Source: Psammoneis japonica
Lineage: Eukaryota
Length of the DNA stretch: 64,000 bases
NCBI GenBank assembly: GCA_008632985.1
Contig: QPGO01000063.1
Span: forward strand, 248,001-312,000
Direction: 5' to 3'
Position 1 is the first letter of the stretch; each line of letters opens with the position of its first letter. Made by a program: the position numbers and the translations under genes. The notes beneath the pieces were generated by a model. It ran no database searches. It was not told the origin of the DNA and was given only the letters and a program-made list of their open reading frames with translations. Positions 25,601-39,502 of the stretch are shown here, in pieces.

Positions 25601-25769
25601 CAGAAAAAGCACTGCGAGCCAGGTGAATAAAAACCCGGGTTTCAATCCCGTGTTTTCATTTTGGGGTTCAAACCCGCATTTTCAAAAACCAGGGATTCAG
25701 TCCCGGGGTTCTGGTGCCAAGACTAAACGACAAGTGTGTTGACACCAAATTGCCGATAGAAAAGTTAAA

Positions 25770-26850
25770 GCTCATGGGGATGCCCTCAAAACGATCCTCA
25801 GGACCCCACCCAACCTTCAGGCCAGAGCTGTCAAGCGCAGCACCAAGACTGGAGCGTGGCTGTCAGCACACCCTTCGATGCTGAACGGCACGGAACTCTC
25901 ATGCCAAGAGTTCCGCGACGCACTCTTTCTAAGGTGTGGCGGTGCTCCACCCGACCTCCCATGCTCTTCAGTGCAAGAAGGGCGGCCCAGTCATCTCACG
26001 ACATGATGAAGTACGTGACAACCTTGGAGACCCAATGGGCAAGGCTTGCAAACCTTCCTGCGCACGCGACGAACCTCTGATCAACCCCGCTGGTCACAGC
26101 GCGGGAAATGCAAGCACCCCCAACAGCACTTCAGGAAACACCAACTCCAACAAGTCCAAGGATGGCGATTGTGAAGACCTTCTCGGCATGAGATTTTGGG
26201 ATGGAAGGACAGACATGGTGACGGACATTTGCATCCCCGACACGGACGCGAAGTCACACCTGTCCAAAACACCAGAAGAAGTCCCAGCAAGCCACAAATG
26301 TGAAAAGAAGCGCAAGTGCCTCCAGCCATGTCTGGAACAACGCCGTCATTTCACACCATTCGTTGCATCATGCGATGGGCTTTTTGGCAAAGAAGCCAAG
26401 GCGATGCTCTGCAAGACAGCATTGAAACTTTCAGATGAGTGGCAAAAGCCACATTCTGAAGCATGCGGCTGCGTTAACGCAAGGATGAGCATCACCACAG
26501 TCAGGGCAACCCACCGTTGCCTCAGGGGATCCCACATTCCCACCTCTCAGATCAGCTCCAGGCAACCCCAGTGGGAGGATGGTGCAGGTCTGTCCCTCTG
26601 CAAACACCAAATGACCCGGATGCAATTGACCACCACCTGTCCAGACCATGTGCCAAATGACAGTCCACAGACATGCTGATGCCATGCCCAGAAGACAACA
26701 AAAACCCACCATCACAAAGGAACACCGCGCCAGAATCAGTTCAAAAGTTCGCGTGCACTGCCTGTGAAAATGCGCGCATCAACTGCCCCTCACTTGCACG
26801 ACTGCACTAACTGTGCAACATCCATTTTCTCCATTGCCGAAATGGCTCCA
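25770..26850 (+). mobile_element. 5'-truncated non-LTR retrotransposon (CRE-like, restriction-like endonuclease domain)
   Basis: HALQCKKGG...RHDEVRD, D..DTDAKS, EKKRKCLQPCLEQRRHFTPFVASCDGLFGKEA, ARMSI..VRATHRCLRGS, PQWEDGAGL. Confidence 0.85.
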
Positions 26851-27299
26851 TCGCTCAGGGGTGCATTGTCAAAAACATGATCAAGTAAATCCATTCTCTC
26901 CACCCACTCTCTGTCAGCAGCTGGCAGTGGCCAGCTGCCGGATGAGGCTCAGCCACTCACAGTCTCAGTGAGACAGTGACACACAACAATCAACAAGATG
27001 CTTCTAAAGGCCTGTTGCAACTAAAAAGGCATTGAGTGACAGAGAAGTGTGTGACCTTTTTCCATGGCTGCTCATTTTCCCCTCCAACAACAGGTCATCA
27101 TCACCCACATGTGCTCCACTGGTGAAGCACAAACAATTGATGCCCGTGCTTCTGATTTCACTCAGTCCCCTCAAAATGTTTCTAGCAAGCTTGATGGGCA
27201 CAATTCAATCCAAATGACACCAAATCTTCAAACACAAACACAGAGCCACGCCCACTGAGCATGGAAAAGAAACCCAGCTGGGGCCGGGAAGACAGCCAC

Positions 27300-29800
27300 C
27301 ATGCTGCTCGAACCCAAGCCAGCACCCACATCCTGAGCTCAATGCGCAAACTTGTCCAACAGGAAATTCCACCACACTGATGCCACAACCTTTGTGAACA
27401 GATCTGAGAGGTTGGTCTCAGCATGCTCCTTCTTCACAATCCTCCGACAGCCCCCGCAGCATCAGCTTCTCATCACTGGACTGTGATGACACATGATGGA
27501 GCAATGCTTCTTATTCTTAAGTGCAGACTCAGGAATGGAGCAATTCTTGTGCATGGCCTTGTTGTCACAAAAAATGATGGCAGGCCCTTTGATCAGAACC
27601 CCAAACATTTGAAGCTTGTGGCATGGACCTTCGATCAGCTCAATGGCGCTCTTGAGTGCAACAATCTCTGCTCCAAATGCACTGGCCTCCACAGCATTCC
27701 AGTGCTTTGAGTGCCACATGGGGGGTGCCTGGAAGAGGAAGATCAAAATGCCTGCATGACTGCAATGATCAGCAACATTGCTGGCACAACCAGTGTCAAC
27801 AAAACAATGCATTGACACTGCATTTCCTTGAGCTGGTGGTGTTTTTGGCAGGATGGCTTCTTCCTCTGCTTCATGGTGGAAACCAAACAAAACCACACTT
27901 GGCAAATCTCCACTTGTTGATCACCAGGTGTGTGGGGTCAAACACCACTTGTCCCTTTGGAGCCTGTTTGAGATGTGCAATGATGTGCAGCACCTGCTCC
28001 AAATGACTGATTTGAGGCAGGACAGAGTGAGGTGAGCAGACACCAACAAAACTTCCAAGTGAGTGTCCACTCTGTTGAGCTCCACAGCCCAAACCAACAT
28101 GCCAATTGATTCCTGCAGCATCTAACTTGTGTCCGTCATGTCCAACTCTGGCTTGCATCTGCTGCTCAATGGGTTGTTGCCTTGCCAGAAAAGCACTTTC
28201 CTTCCTTGCCAAGTTTGTCTTTGATGTTCTAGACAGCTGCCTTTTTGCAGCACTTCTCTGCCAACATTGACCAACTGGAGGTGGTGCCATCACCTGGGTC
28301 CATCTTGGAAAGAATGGCCCGGACAAGAATCAGGTTTGGCCACCTTGTCACCCTTGAGTTTGAACTTGGACTTGATGCCATCTGACATCTTTGTGGGTGC
28401 ATGATTGATCAACAGCACACATTCAACATGAACTAAAATGTGCTTGCAGTGCTTGAATCCATTGGGTCTCACTGCAGGTTGCACCATCCACACCCAGGGT
28501 TTGGTCTCACTTGGCTTGCAACCCAGACTGCAAAGCATCTCCAGCACCTGGAAAGCCCTGAGTGCTGCTCCTGAACTCTTCAATCCACAGAGTGCTCTGA
28601 CTGCAATCATGATGCACCCTTCATCCTTGCCAAATTCCTTTGAACTTGCATGAGTTGAAATCTTCTCCCCACAAGGGGCAGTGAGGCAGGCACTCTGGGT
28701 GTCAGAGGCAAAAACTTGCAAGCACAGCAAATGCAAGAGCAATCCTTGCCAAATGCCCAGAGATGACAGAAGAGCAAGTGACAGTGGTGGGAGACTCACA
28801 GTGGCATGCCCCCCTGTGACCATCCCAGCTTTGTGATAAAAATTCTCTCCTGTCTTGATGTCCTCAAAGACCATGTGACACTTGACCTCTTGGAATCCTG
28901 GTGCCATTTCATCAGGCCAGCCTTCAAATTTCTTGAGTGCTGCCCAAACGAGCATTCTTCATCTCCATGCAAATGGCATTGCCACTCACATGGTCTGGCT
29001 CCATCACCTCCTTGACACTCTTGGGGATCTGTGCACCAAACCTTGTGGGTCTGGAACCAATGCTTTGACTTGACTTTCACAAGGGAACACTTGCATGTCC
29101 TCAAGATGTGAGGAACCCACCAAGCAAATGCTGGTTCCTTGGAGACCTTGTGCTGAATGGTGAACTTGACTTGGCAACCTGGACTGGAGAGCTCTCCTTT
29201 GCAACCTTCAGGTTGACCCAAGCTGGACTCATGCTCCCATCCTTCCATTGAAACAAAAGCTCCCCCATCTTTTGGTGGTCTTGTGCCACTTCCAATTGCC
29301 TTGCTCAGTCTCAAAGAATGCAGTCTTGGGAATGTCCACATTCAAATGACAGTCAATGGTTTCATCAAACAAAACACATTGATTCCTGTCCTCTCGCAGA
29401 TCTGTGCAAACACATCCATGGCAATGGAGTCAGCTGAAAGTGCAGTGGCATGACCATCATGGTGCTTCACCTGACACATTCTGGCATCGAGAGTGGGACC
29501 ATCATTTGCAGCCCCAATCAGAACACTGTTGGCACCCCTCAACCTCTTCACAATGTGTGCAAACTGGGGGCCATCATTGTCTCTGGGAAGTCCAACCTCC
29601 ATTGGTGGTCTCGCAGAATGATCACAGCATCCGAGTGACACCGCTGCATGATCCACCTGGCAGGGACAAGAATGTTCCAAGCGGAACTTGTGCAGAGATG
29701 ATGAAAGGATCATGGCCGTTGATTGTGGCTCTGTGACTTGGCACATTCCAACAGCAAAAGAGATGCCACTAGAAGGAGCAACCATGGTTTTCAAGGATGT
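27300..29800 (-). mobile_element. Ty1/copia (CoDi-like) pol remnant: RT and RNase H
   Basis: EPAFAWWVPH, PGFQEVKCHMVF, ALCGLKSSGAA, degenerate YVDD (ILVHVEC), RNase H CFVD...WHSK...VEASAFGAEIVALK...IFCDN...KKHCSI. Confidence 0.9.
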
Positions 29801-31157
29801 GGGTCACAAGGGGTGTGACTTCTTGTGGACCGCTCAAGGAGGTTTGAAAGGCACTTCCAGACCAGGGCTTTGTCACACAGCAGTCAACCAGAATGGATTT
29901 TGGAAGCCCAGCAGCTCTGCAACCACATTGACAAAAGAAAAGCTTCAACAATGCATTTGCAAAATGAGTTCTCAGCATGGCACCACAACAAAGGCTGTGC
30001 AAAGTGCACCTGTGTTGTGCCACAGCAGAAGGCTTGCTGCCATTGCATCACCCCACTTCAAATGTGAGAGTGCAGCACAATTTCAGAATTCACAATTGAA
30101 ATGGTTTGGACATGCTTGCCTCACGAAAAGCTTTTCCTTGTGTTGTTCATTCTTGCAGTCCTGCATGGTGATGGAGTGGGATCAGAATCACTTGAACATC
30201 TCAAAGCAACAGAGATCAGCACAATGATCCTTGAGCCGGAAAACAAGACGACACTTTTTTCAAACATTCACAAAAAGATCCAGCAAGTTTCTCCAGCATG
30301 CTGCTGTTGTGACTCTTGCAGTTTTGGCATTGCAAAATCTTCCAACATTTGCATGTTGTTTGCTCTGCTGGAGGGACAGCAATGGCAAAGATGAGGATGT
30401 GACTTGGCTCTTCAAGGTGTTGCAAGGCTCTCATTTCCGCTCCCCATCGTCATGTTTCTGCCGGAGTGGAAGCCAGGGAAGCAACTCCACTTTCTCACCC
30501 CATCTCTGTTGGGCTTGCACATGATTCAGCTGGCAAAATGCTTTCCTGTGTGCACAATTTATCACTTCACATTTGTGCTTTCTTTGCACGAGTTTTGCAT
30601 TTGTTCATCACACAAAGCACCCTTTCTCTTGGTGTCGTGGAGTGACTTTGAGAGGATGTTTGTCCTTCATCTTGACACTGGGCCATGTTGTTTGGTGGAG
30701 TGTGGTCCATTCAAATTGCATGTAAAACTTTGTGGCACAGGTTGGTTGTGTGGAAGTTTTCGAAAAGCTTTTCTCTCCAACTGCACAGCAAGGCATTCAC
30801 CTGGCAGACAAGATCATTGCCTGCAATTGTGGCTCTGCACCTGCAGCTCGTGATGCCTTGAAGCCCCCCGCAGATGATGCGACAATAGAGCAGGAGATCC
30901 CTGGACGAATGTTGGACCATGCCGTGTCATAGCCCAACGTCATCTGGGTTTTCATTTTCTGGATTGATGCGTTGATGGTCCGAGCGGTCGGTGGCAAGAT
31001 GCTGTATTTTACGAACGGGAATGGCGATGTCTTTTTTTGTGCGAGAAAATTTCGACACTGTGGCACGAAGCGATAACGGCAAGATCCGCACACGTCATCA
31101 ACCAGATCCGTCGCCTCATCCATCAATCAACGCGAACGCAACTTGACCGTACCCAGC

Positions 31158-32168
31158 ATGACGATGAGCGTTCTGAAATTAGTGCCGTCCAGGCTGTTTT
31201 GCATTTGTGGGATAGTGCTACTGGCTTTTAGCCATGGTTTTTCTTGCAATGCTTGGGCCCCAAGTTCGAGCCTCAAGAAAACAGCGCGGTTGGCTCACGG
31301 TGCCACACGGTTGTACGTGAAGAAGGGAACTCCTTCATTTGTTTCAGAGAAAAACAGTAACGAATCTGAAGAAGAAAAGAACGTATCTCTGGCATCACAG
31401 GTGAAACCTGAGTCTCTAATGGCAAGCGCTTTAGTTCCTTTGGCGCTCTTGATGTTTCCAGAAAACGCACACGCCGCGGGGAGTCCGTCCGTGATTGGTT
31501 CTGCGTTTGTAGCCTATGGACATTATTTGAGTCTGCTGGTGACTGCCGCATGCATCACGACGGAACGATTCACTATCAAGCCAAACATGACTGGAGAGGA
31601 GGAAGATCGTATTGCGATTGCTGATACAGTTCTTGGGTGAGCATGGAATGATCTACTGTATGTTGACGCAACAACAACTTTCGTCATCTTTGACTAACAT
31701 TTCTTGCTCATAAACAATACATCTAGATTGGCAGGTGTCTTGTTGGCTTATACTGGATACTTGCGGGTCGTTGAGTATGGCAAGGGTTGGGAGTTTTACG
31801 CCCACGAGCCAATCTTCTGGCTCAAGATTGCCTTTGTTGGAGTATTTGGTGGCCTGTCGTTCTTCAACACTATAATTATCATTCAGCTATCGGTCGCAAA
31901 ACGGCAGGGTGAGACCTTGGAGCCAATGTCAGAAAAGTTGGCAGATCGAATGAACAGAATTTGCACGGCCGAGCTTTCTGCTCTGGCTAGCATTCCGTTG
32001 ACGGCGACACTCATGTCTCGTGGCGTCTTGTACAGTGACGAAATTCCTTGGCAGATTGGAGCAGGATTTGCGTTTCTCGTGTTTGGTGGTGCAAGCTACA
32101 AGTATGTTTCGGATGCTCTGAATTGGAAAGAAGACCTTGATGAAATTGAAACAAGTGCTGAATCCTAA
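31158..32168 (+). CDS. DUF2214-family membrane protein, probably plastid-targeted; 2 exons (31158-31636, 31727-32168)
   Basis: Signal/transit region, AYGHYLS, GYLRVVEYGKGWEFYAHEPIFWLK, IPLTATLMSRGV. Intron GTGAGC...GACTAAC...TAG (31637-31726). Confidence 0.85.
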
Positions 32169-32535
32169 TTGCTTTCTTGCACAAAGGTCGCAAGTAGTTG
32201 AAATCCTGCGAGCTAATACCGGTTCATGCTGCCTACTCACACTGTAGTTGCCATGCGCTTGTTTAGTGCACCATCGCAAGAAATAAAAACGTTTTTTTCT
32301 GCTTTAGAACAAGGGATAAAATGAGCAAGGTCGACTTTGGACTTCCGCAATAGCAACTCAAAAATTGGGTCCCGCGTTGCATTCGCGATCGAGTCACGAG
32401 CAACGGCGACGGCACCATGATCTCAACACCTGTTGCGCTGCCGTTCGAATTCGAAGCTTTCGCTCATGGTGACTCGTTTGTATCTCTTTATTGTGTCCCT
32501 ATTTTTAACGCCTCTTTGGCATGAACCATCATGCT
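32001..32535 (+). repeat. Direct repeat copy 1 (pairs with 44639-45205); includes a truncated 5' stub of the 45136 gene at ~32466-32535
   Basis: Colinear alignment over ~540 bp. Confidence 0.95.
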
Positions 32536-32739
32536 TGAATTTCGATCACTCACTAACTAGTACTCTTTTGTGACGTGCCAGTCCGTTCTTCCCCCGTCAA
32601 AGATCTGACAGGCGACGCGCGATTGTGCACGCGCATCGGCGACAAACACGAGAACACGAAACACGAGCGCATAACATCACGATGGCGGCGTCCACTCCTC
32701 TTTTTTTGACAAGCTAAGTCTGGATAGAGGACAAAGAAG

Positions 32740-35700
32740 ATGGCTTCCAACCCATCATCGCCTCGGAAACACAGCAAGAGTAATCCAGTTGTGTCATCAC
32801 TGCCCCATCGATCGCCTCATCCCTATTCTGCAATTGCGTCTTCTCCGAATCGGCGACATGCGGTGGTTGCAGGAAAAGATACCTTGACCGTCCTCGAGGT
32901 CGGACCTCAAGGATTATCTCATGAGAAATCGTTTCGAATCTCTCAGGTACGTGTACTATATGGCGACTTGCATCAACTTAGTTTTGATCTGATATTGAAG
33001 TTCTCATCCTTTCTTCCGCATGTTTCTGTTTTTGCCAGCACTTTCAATCCTCTTCTGTCGAATCCACCTCAAACAACAGCAGCAAGCAAGCACAAGACGA
33101 CAAAACGTATGGAGACATTCGGGAAACATTTGGTCTTAAATCACGTCCTGCACCAAACATGAGAACAAGTGGTGAATCCAGTGTAAATTGTACTCACGTT
33201 GCCTGGAGTCTACCGCAAGTGCCGAGCGAATTTAGCATGAGTGAGACGTTCAACGACAATGAAACACCACTGACGTCGTCCATAAACTCGGCAACTTCCA
33301 TGAGAGACCATTCAAGCAGTCACAACCAGCAGGCTGACACCCTGATTGCTGTTGCTGGATCGAACGGAATGGTGGTTATTTGGAATGCCGACAAATCCAT
33401 CCTTTCCCCGTCATCAAATCAGAATCCCATGCCAGAAGCGGTCTTGACACAACACGGTCGGGCTGTAAACAAAGTGGCATGGCACCCAACCGGAAAGCGA
33501 CCCGAACTCTTACTTTCTGCCTCGCAGGATTCGACGGTCAAGCTCTGGGAGCGTTCCACCAACGATCGAGGCTCACAAGAAAGCAACGTGCCCGGTTTGC
33601 GTTCGTGGTTTGGAATGCAACTGCACACGACAAAGGTTGCTAATCAGTCCGTCTCGTGGCGTTGTAAGTTTACCTTTCAACCTCATTCCGAAGCTGTCCG
33701 GGATATTGCGTGGAGTCATTTTGACGACAATGGTAAGAAACGAATCATGATTCCCCTTTTTGTATATTGTGCGTTCCCGACAGCTCACGCGACACGTTTA
33801 GTTTTTGCCATGGTGACGGGGAGCGGATGTTTGATTGTCTACAATATCACCGCACCTGCTCGACCATGGGTTAAGATTGCCGCACATTCGGGAGATGCAA
33901 CCACCCTTGATTGGCATCCTAGACATCCATACATCGTCGCGACCGGTGGGGGGAGTCAGGATCAGCGAGTAAAGAGTAAGTAGGCGGGAATCGTTGCAAG
34001 ATGTAACCGGGACGAAACCGCATCCGCTCTAATTGCTTATCATTTTATTTATTTGCCGCCTCTAGTTTGGAATCTTGAAAGTAGCATGGACCTTTCCAAA
34101 CGAGATGAAAAGAACGTGGCGAAGAACTCGCTGTCTGCCAGATCTGAGTACAGTCATGCGTCAACAGCATCGGAGAACTCAAATGACGAGACTGTCATTC
34201 GTTCCGGGTAAGTGCGTACCGCTGGAGGCTCGATTCTATGCTGGCGCCTTTTGATTCTAAGAAACGTTTCGTCTTGCCTGCAGATCATCGACACCACGAG
34301 GAAACAGTCTACACGAGATGGAGATAAACCCTGTGCCACTGGCCAGCTACAATTCCGCCACGCGTTCATTGTCATCGTCCACAGTGTCGCTAAACTCGAC
34401 ATTGACATCCAACAAGTTTGTCGCTACGGCTACTCGACACGTTTTATCGATATCCGCATCTGTCACGCACCTAAAATGGAGACCACCCAGCGGCAGCACT
34501 CAGAGCTCATCCATGGACAGCAGTGGTGCTGTGCTCAACCGTCATGATGCCATGTTGGCGGTAGCAACCGCACCAATCAAAGGCGCGCATGCGGGTGGCT
34601 CTGGTGTACTGAGCCTTTGGTCTCACCATAGACCTTTTATGCCTTTGAGTGTTTTGGAGGGGCACAGCACCGGAGCTGTGACAGACTTTGTTTGGCTTGA
34701 TACTCCTCGCTCGTCTGACACCGATCCGTTCTCACCATTTGAATCAGCTAGAATACCTGGAAGTATGTTTCCGCATGAAACAGAGGTGGAGAGTAGTTTG
34801 CATCAAAAACCCACGTCCGGTATATGGCAGCACGTTCTAAGCGTAGGTCGAGATGGCAGGTGCTTGCTACAGAGCTTCGCTCGAGGTGAGTACATGAAGA
34901 ACTACCGTTTGTCACCTACAGAGCGAGACCCTGTCAAGCTCAACCTCTGTTTATTTATTTCAAAAAGGCGACCGCCCAATCTCTCGTGTTCCTCCATCCT
35001 GTTTCGCAATGGCAAACTTGTCGCCGTTTCAGAGTGGCTATGGATCGTTGCAGATTTGCGCCGTTCACCAACGCGTTCCTTCGAGCATTAAGGATGACTT
35101 TCGTTTGACGGGATTGCGCCGTGATGAAATCACCGCCCGTGCGCCTGGGGTTTTTCAAGAGTTACCATTGCCTGAAGTTGAGAAAGAGAAGCGAACTGAA
35201 AATAATAGACAAGTTGTTGAGGGAGTTCGGCATCCAGGTGAGACATCTTTGATGCGTATCTCTTTTTACGATCACGCGTTTCTTGGGTCTCATTTTTGCT
35301 TCGTTGTTCAGCGACTTCGCCAAAGCTTGTTATCAGCGTATTGGATGACGGCGATCTGGATGGAAATGGGATCCCGATTTCGGGATTGCAGGCTCCTTTT
35401 ATGATAGCACCTGAGGTCGTGCATCTGTCAAGATTTGCGAACTCTTACAAGCTCTACCTAGACAATGCATGTCCAACCCGTGTTGATTTATGTTTTCATA
35501 ACGGCGATGTAGCTGAACGGTATCGTTGTGGCCCGCTTGCACGAATGTGGAGGATGCTTGCGTCGACACTACAAGGCTCTGGCCTTACAGATCTGCCCAC
35601 ACGCGGATCCACCTCCAGTAATGCAATGGAGTTTGTACTCTTGCCTGCTCTTCGTTCACTTCTGGAGCAGAGGGCAGATGCTGGGGATGCTCAAACCTGC

Positions 35701-36663
35701 GTTGCACTCTGCGAAGTTATGCAGGTCATAGAGCCACAGGGTACTCGAAAAGGCGATGCAGCAACGAAGCCCGGAGATGCAGTTACCGGGGACGGGGAAA
35801 CGCGAATACCTGGGCTTGAAGTGAGTTTCATTGTCGTTCTCCAGTGCACTCTCATGGTACTTCACTCACTCATGGTCGTTCGTTTTACCGACAATGAAAC
35901 AACTTATTGCAGTTGAACCTTGTTCGAGAATGGTATCTTTCCTATATTGATCTTTTACAGCAGATGTGCCTTTTCTCCCAAGCGTCGAACTTGATTCGCA
36001 ATTGTAATGACTCGTTCATTGGGGGCCTTAACCAGCAGTCAACAACGTACGTTATCTCTCCATACTTCAGTTTTTGTTGCTGTTGGTTCGTATATCTTTT
36101 GTCGCACACATTCCCTCACCTGCGTTCGCCAATTGTGCATTTCGCAGCGTCCATGAATCTTGCCCGCATTGTCACAAACCGCTCCATGGAGAAGGAATAC
36201 AGTCAATTACCAGGCGAACTTGTAAAAGCTGTCGAAGACGCGTCGGGATGTGCTTCTTATGCCATGAACCTGTTACAGGTGTCTTTGTCTGGTGCCCTGG
36301 GTGTGGTAAGTGCTTGCAAGAACGCTCATTGTAATCATTACCGGTCTATCTCACCGTTCTTGCCTGTGCGATCAAGGGCACGGAGGGCACCTGGACCATG
36401 CGCTTCAATGGTTCGGGGGAATGAGTGGAAAACCAGTTCGCGAGATGTGCCCGACGGGCTGCGGTACGTGCATTTTGATTGGGCAGTAGGAGTTACTCTA
36501 CTTTCGCTGTGCTCAAACTTACAAAATGATGAATTTGTACGTGGACCCAGGTCATAAATGCAATCTTGTACAGCAAGTCAGCGCTTTTCCAAAGACGGCA
36601 TCTTTGCTCCGGACTTCGCCAGCTACGCGTACTAACATCGACGAACCAATTCCATTGGCATGA
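32740..36663 (+). CDS. WDR24: GATOR2/SEACAT subunit WDR24 (Sea2/Rtc1), multi-exon
   Basis: WD40 blades (HGRAVNKVAWHP, LLSASQDSTVKLW, SEAVRDIAWS, AHSGDATTLDWHP), GDAQTCV, EWYLSYIDLL, LNQQSTT, C-terminal zinc/RING CFLCHEPV.GVFVWCPGCGHGGH...CPTGCGHKCN across several GT-AG introns. Confidence 0.9.
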
Positions 36664-37099
36664 GAAATAAATTCAAGAGCTCAATCGCTTTTCGCCTCGC
36701 GAACTCGAGATAATTCTTGTTCCTCATTGGTTAAAACTCGATGCATCGGGAATGTCCAATAGCAAGAGCTGCCGCGTGAAACTGAATGACCTGTCTTGGC
36801 GCTGAGTGGTGTGGCACTCGAATTGATGCAAAAATCCTGATCAGTCATCTTGCAAACAAGGCTGGATGACCTGCGAGATCAAAGGAGGACGTGCTGTACG
36901 TATGGGGACCACTAAGTAGCCTCGACAGATCCAAATCTCCCTGCTGGTAATTCTTGGATGTAGCTGACGGAGTCGGGGGCTGTGCCTGTCTTGTGTCCAA
37001 TGACGTCGATCCGGTCCAAGTCATGAGGGCGCTACAAATGTAGAGAAATCGTTCATGTGACCAGAGCAAAACCCTTTCTAAATTGACATTTGTCTTTTC

Positions 37100-39270
37100 A
37101 ATTTCTGTCGTAAACATTGACACTTGATTCATGTTGATGCACTTTTTCCTCTTTTCTCCTTTCAAACACTGCAATCATCTGAGTACCTTCTCCTGCATGG
37201 GAAAGAAAGTGCAGGAAGGGACGATTTCCTCACTAAACCCAGCTTTTTCGTTGGACCAACAGAACTGGAGAATGGCACTGCATTTCCACTCGAAGCAGTC
37301 AAGCTGCAAATCCACCTCATTTTCGAGCTTTATGAAAGACGCAGTGTTCAGTTGCTGCCTGTTCGCACCATTCATCAATCAGGAGAGTGTCACCAATGCA
37401 AAGGCGGGCACCGCCATGGCAAAATGCAGAGTTCCCAAAAGCCGACTACGGGGAACATGAGTTTGGCTTTGAACATTCCACCAACAAAATGTCTGTGACC
37501 CAGACCAAAACGGTGGCCAGATTCCATCCCAGCAGCATGTGGGCTGGCCGACAACCCCCATGTGTTCACAATGATCCAATCCAAGAAGAGGGTGCGATGT
37601 GTGGCTGTGATCATGCCCCTTTGTCATGACACAGCAAGTTCATGACATTTTCCAGTGCTTGCATGGGCTGGATTGCAATTTTCAGCCAGGCAGAAGGTGC
37701 CAGAATGAGGGAGCATGTTGCTGTGAGTGGTGTGATTTTTCACTTGCAGTTTGCTTGGAGAGGTTCTCAGAGGCTTGAGCCCTTCAGAGCAGCAGACCTT
37801 CTCAGCTTGTCCTGGCTGGGCCAAACAACTGAAACTTGTGATTGCAAAGATGAAGGGGAGATGAGCAATTTTCATCTTGGATCATCATGGAAAGAAGAAG
37901 AAAAATGCAAACAACACTCAGAAAGTGCCAAAGCACAGACACAGCTCCCAAGCCCCCAGGTGCAAGAACTCCCCAGAGGTCAATCAAGCTGAGGTTTTAA
38001 AAAAGACACCAAGACCAATTGAAGCAAACACAAACACTGCAATCATTGTTCAAAGTGTGGGCACAATCAAGAGAAGTGAATTTGTGCTCACCTTTTCCTT
38101 TGTCAGCACCAGCGATTGCTTCATTGTTTTTGTGTTTTTTGTGAGCAGCCAACCACAACAGCCACCCTCTCTGCAGCAGTGCACTTTGCAGCTCTTGTTC
38201 TGTTGCCAATGGGAAAATGCAAAGTCTTCAGCACCACCGCCCAACCATTGCTGACACAGAGAAGTTCAACACTCTTGAGCAACAGAGCAATTGCAGGAGG
38301 TTGCACTCCCATTTCCCACACAGTCTGTGAAACAACTCCTTCATCTCATGAACAATTTCAGCCTCACCTTGCATTGCACCCTCCCACAGTGCATGAGCAA
38401 AGTTGCCAAACTCTTGCACAGCTTGCACAATGTTGAAAAGCCAAGAAAAATTGCATTTTGAAATCCATTTGCTGGGCTTGACGAATGGGATTTGTGTTTC
38501 TTTTGCAGCAGCTCTGTTGGTCTGTGAAGCTGTGGAGGGTTTTGCATCATTTCTTGCCCCATGTAATGCAGCCAATTCTGATTTCTGCATTGGCATCTGG
38601 CTCTTCTTTGCCTTTGTAATTGCTGCCATTGTTGACCCCACTCTCTGCTGCACTCCTCTGCACTGGAATCTGCAATGGCGCTGCTGATAAATCTGGCTCC
38701 ATTCTCAGCTGTTTTTCACTTTTTGCCCACCTCATCACTGCTGAGATCATTTTCTCCTTCTTGTGTTTCTTGAAGCCTGTGAGTTGCCCTTGCTCTCTGC
38801 ATCTCCATGTCCCACTTGTGACACAGGCTGAGAAACAGTTTGACAAGCCAGTCTCAACATCATGAGTCATCGATGCTCTTGCTTGCATCAGAGCATGCAC
38901 TCTGCATCACTCACGACATTGTTGCAACCATTGCCACTGTTGCGGAGCACACCAAATCCACTGACCTGGGGCACCCCCAGCTGGTGACTTTGCCATTCCA
39001 TGCCAGTTGCTGGCTGTGCGTTCCTGCAGTTCCACCTGCCTGCCTGCCTGAAGCCTTTGCCCCCCCAAGATTGCAGCCAATCCTGGCCCTCTGCCACCTT
39101 CCATGTTCCAAGGGAAAGCCTTAAATGGAGCACCACAGGAAAAGAAAGGCCTTGTCTTTGTGGAATGAACAAATGGGGTGTGCCGAAAAACCCGCACTCC
39201 ACTCAATTTTGCCAATTGTCTCGTTTCCTGTGTGGCTGCAAGAACCGGTCAATTGACAACCGTTGCATTC
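37100..39270 (-). mobile_element. Degenerate DNA-transposon-like remnant (possibly EnSpm/Plavaka-type)
   Basis: KWISKCNF...VQEFGN...LWEGAMQGE...MKELF resembles the G..R..W...E..K segment of such transposases. TA/CG-depleted. Confidence 0.45.
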
Positions 39271-39502
39271 TGCTCTCTAACTGGAGAGCATGCTCTAGCT
39301 GGCTAACTGCCAGGCCCTGGCAGAGCAGCCTCTCCACTTAGCTACTCTCTCTAGCTGCTAGCTGCTCTCTCTAGCTCTAGCTGGTAGAGAGAGTAGAGCT
39401 CTGCTGGTGGTGGCTGGCAGAGGTGCTGCAGAGTCTATTTCCACTCGAAGTAGTCAACCTGAAATCCACCTCATTTCTCATTTCTTGTCTGAGCCTTGCG
39501 CC

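Larger units (their letters stand above)
21670..25764 (+). mobile_element. piggyBac-like DNA transposon with pseudogenised DDD transposase (~22900-25478), carrying nested MITEs and an assembly gap
   Basis: CGDETTW, TCDNCF, TDSMDH catalytic segments; FREQLS; C-terminal CxxC..CxxC..LH..CF..H domain. Shared subterminal motif AAAAACC(C/A)GGGATTCAGTCCCGGG at ~21704 and ~25684. Right end AAAAG|TTAA. Left boundary approximate. Confidence 0.8.
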
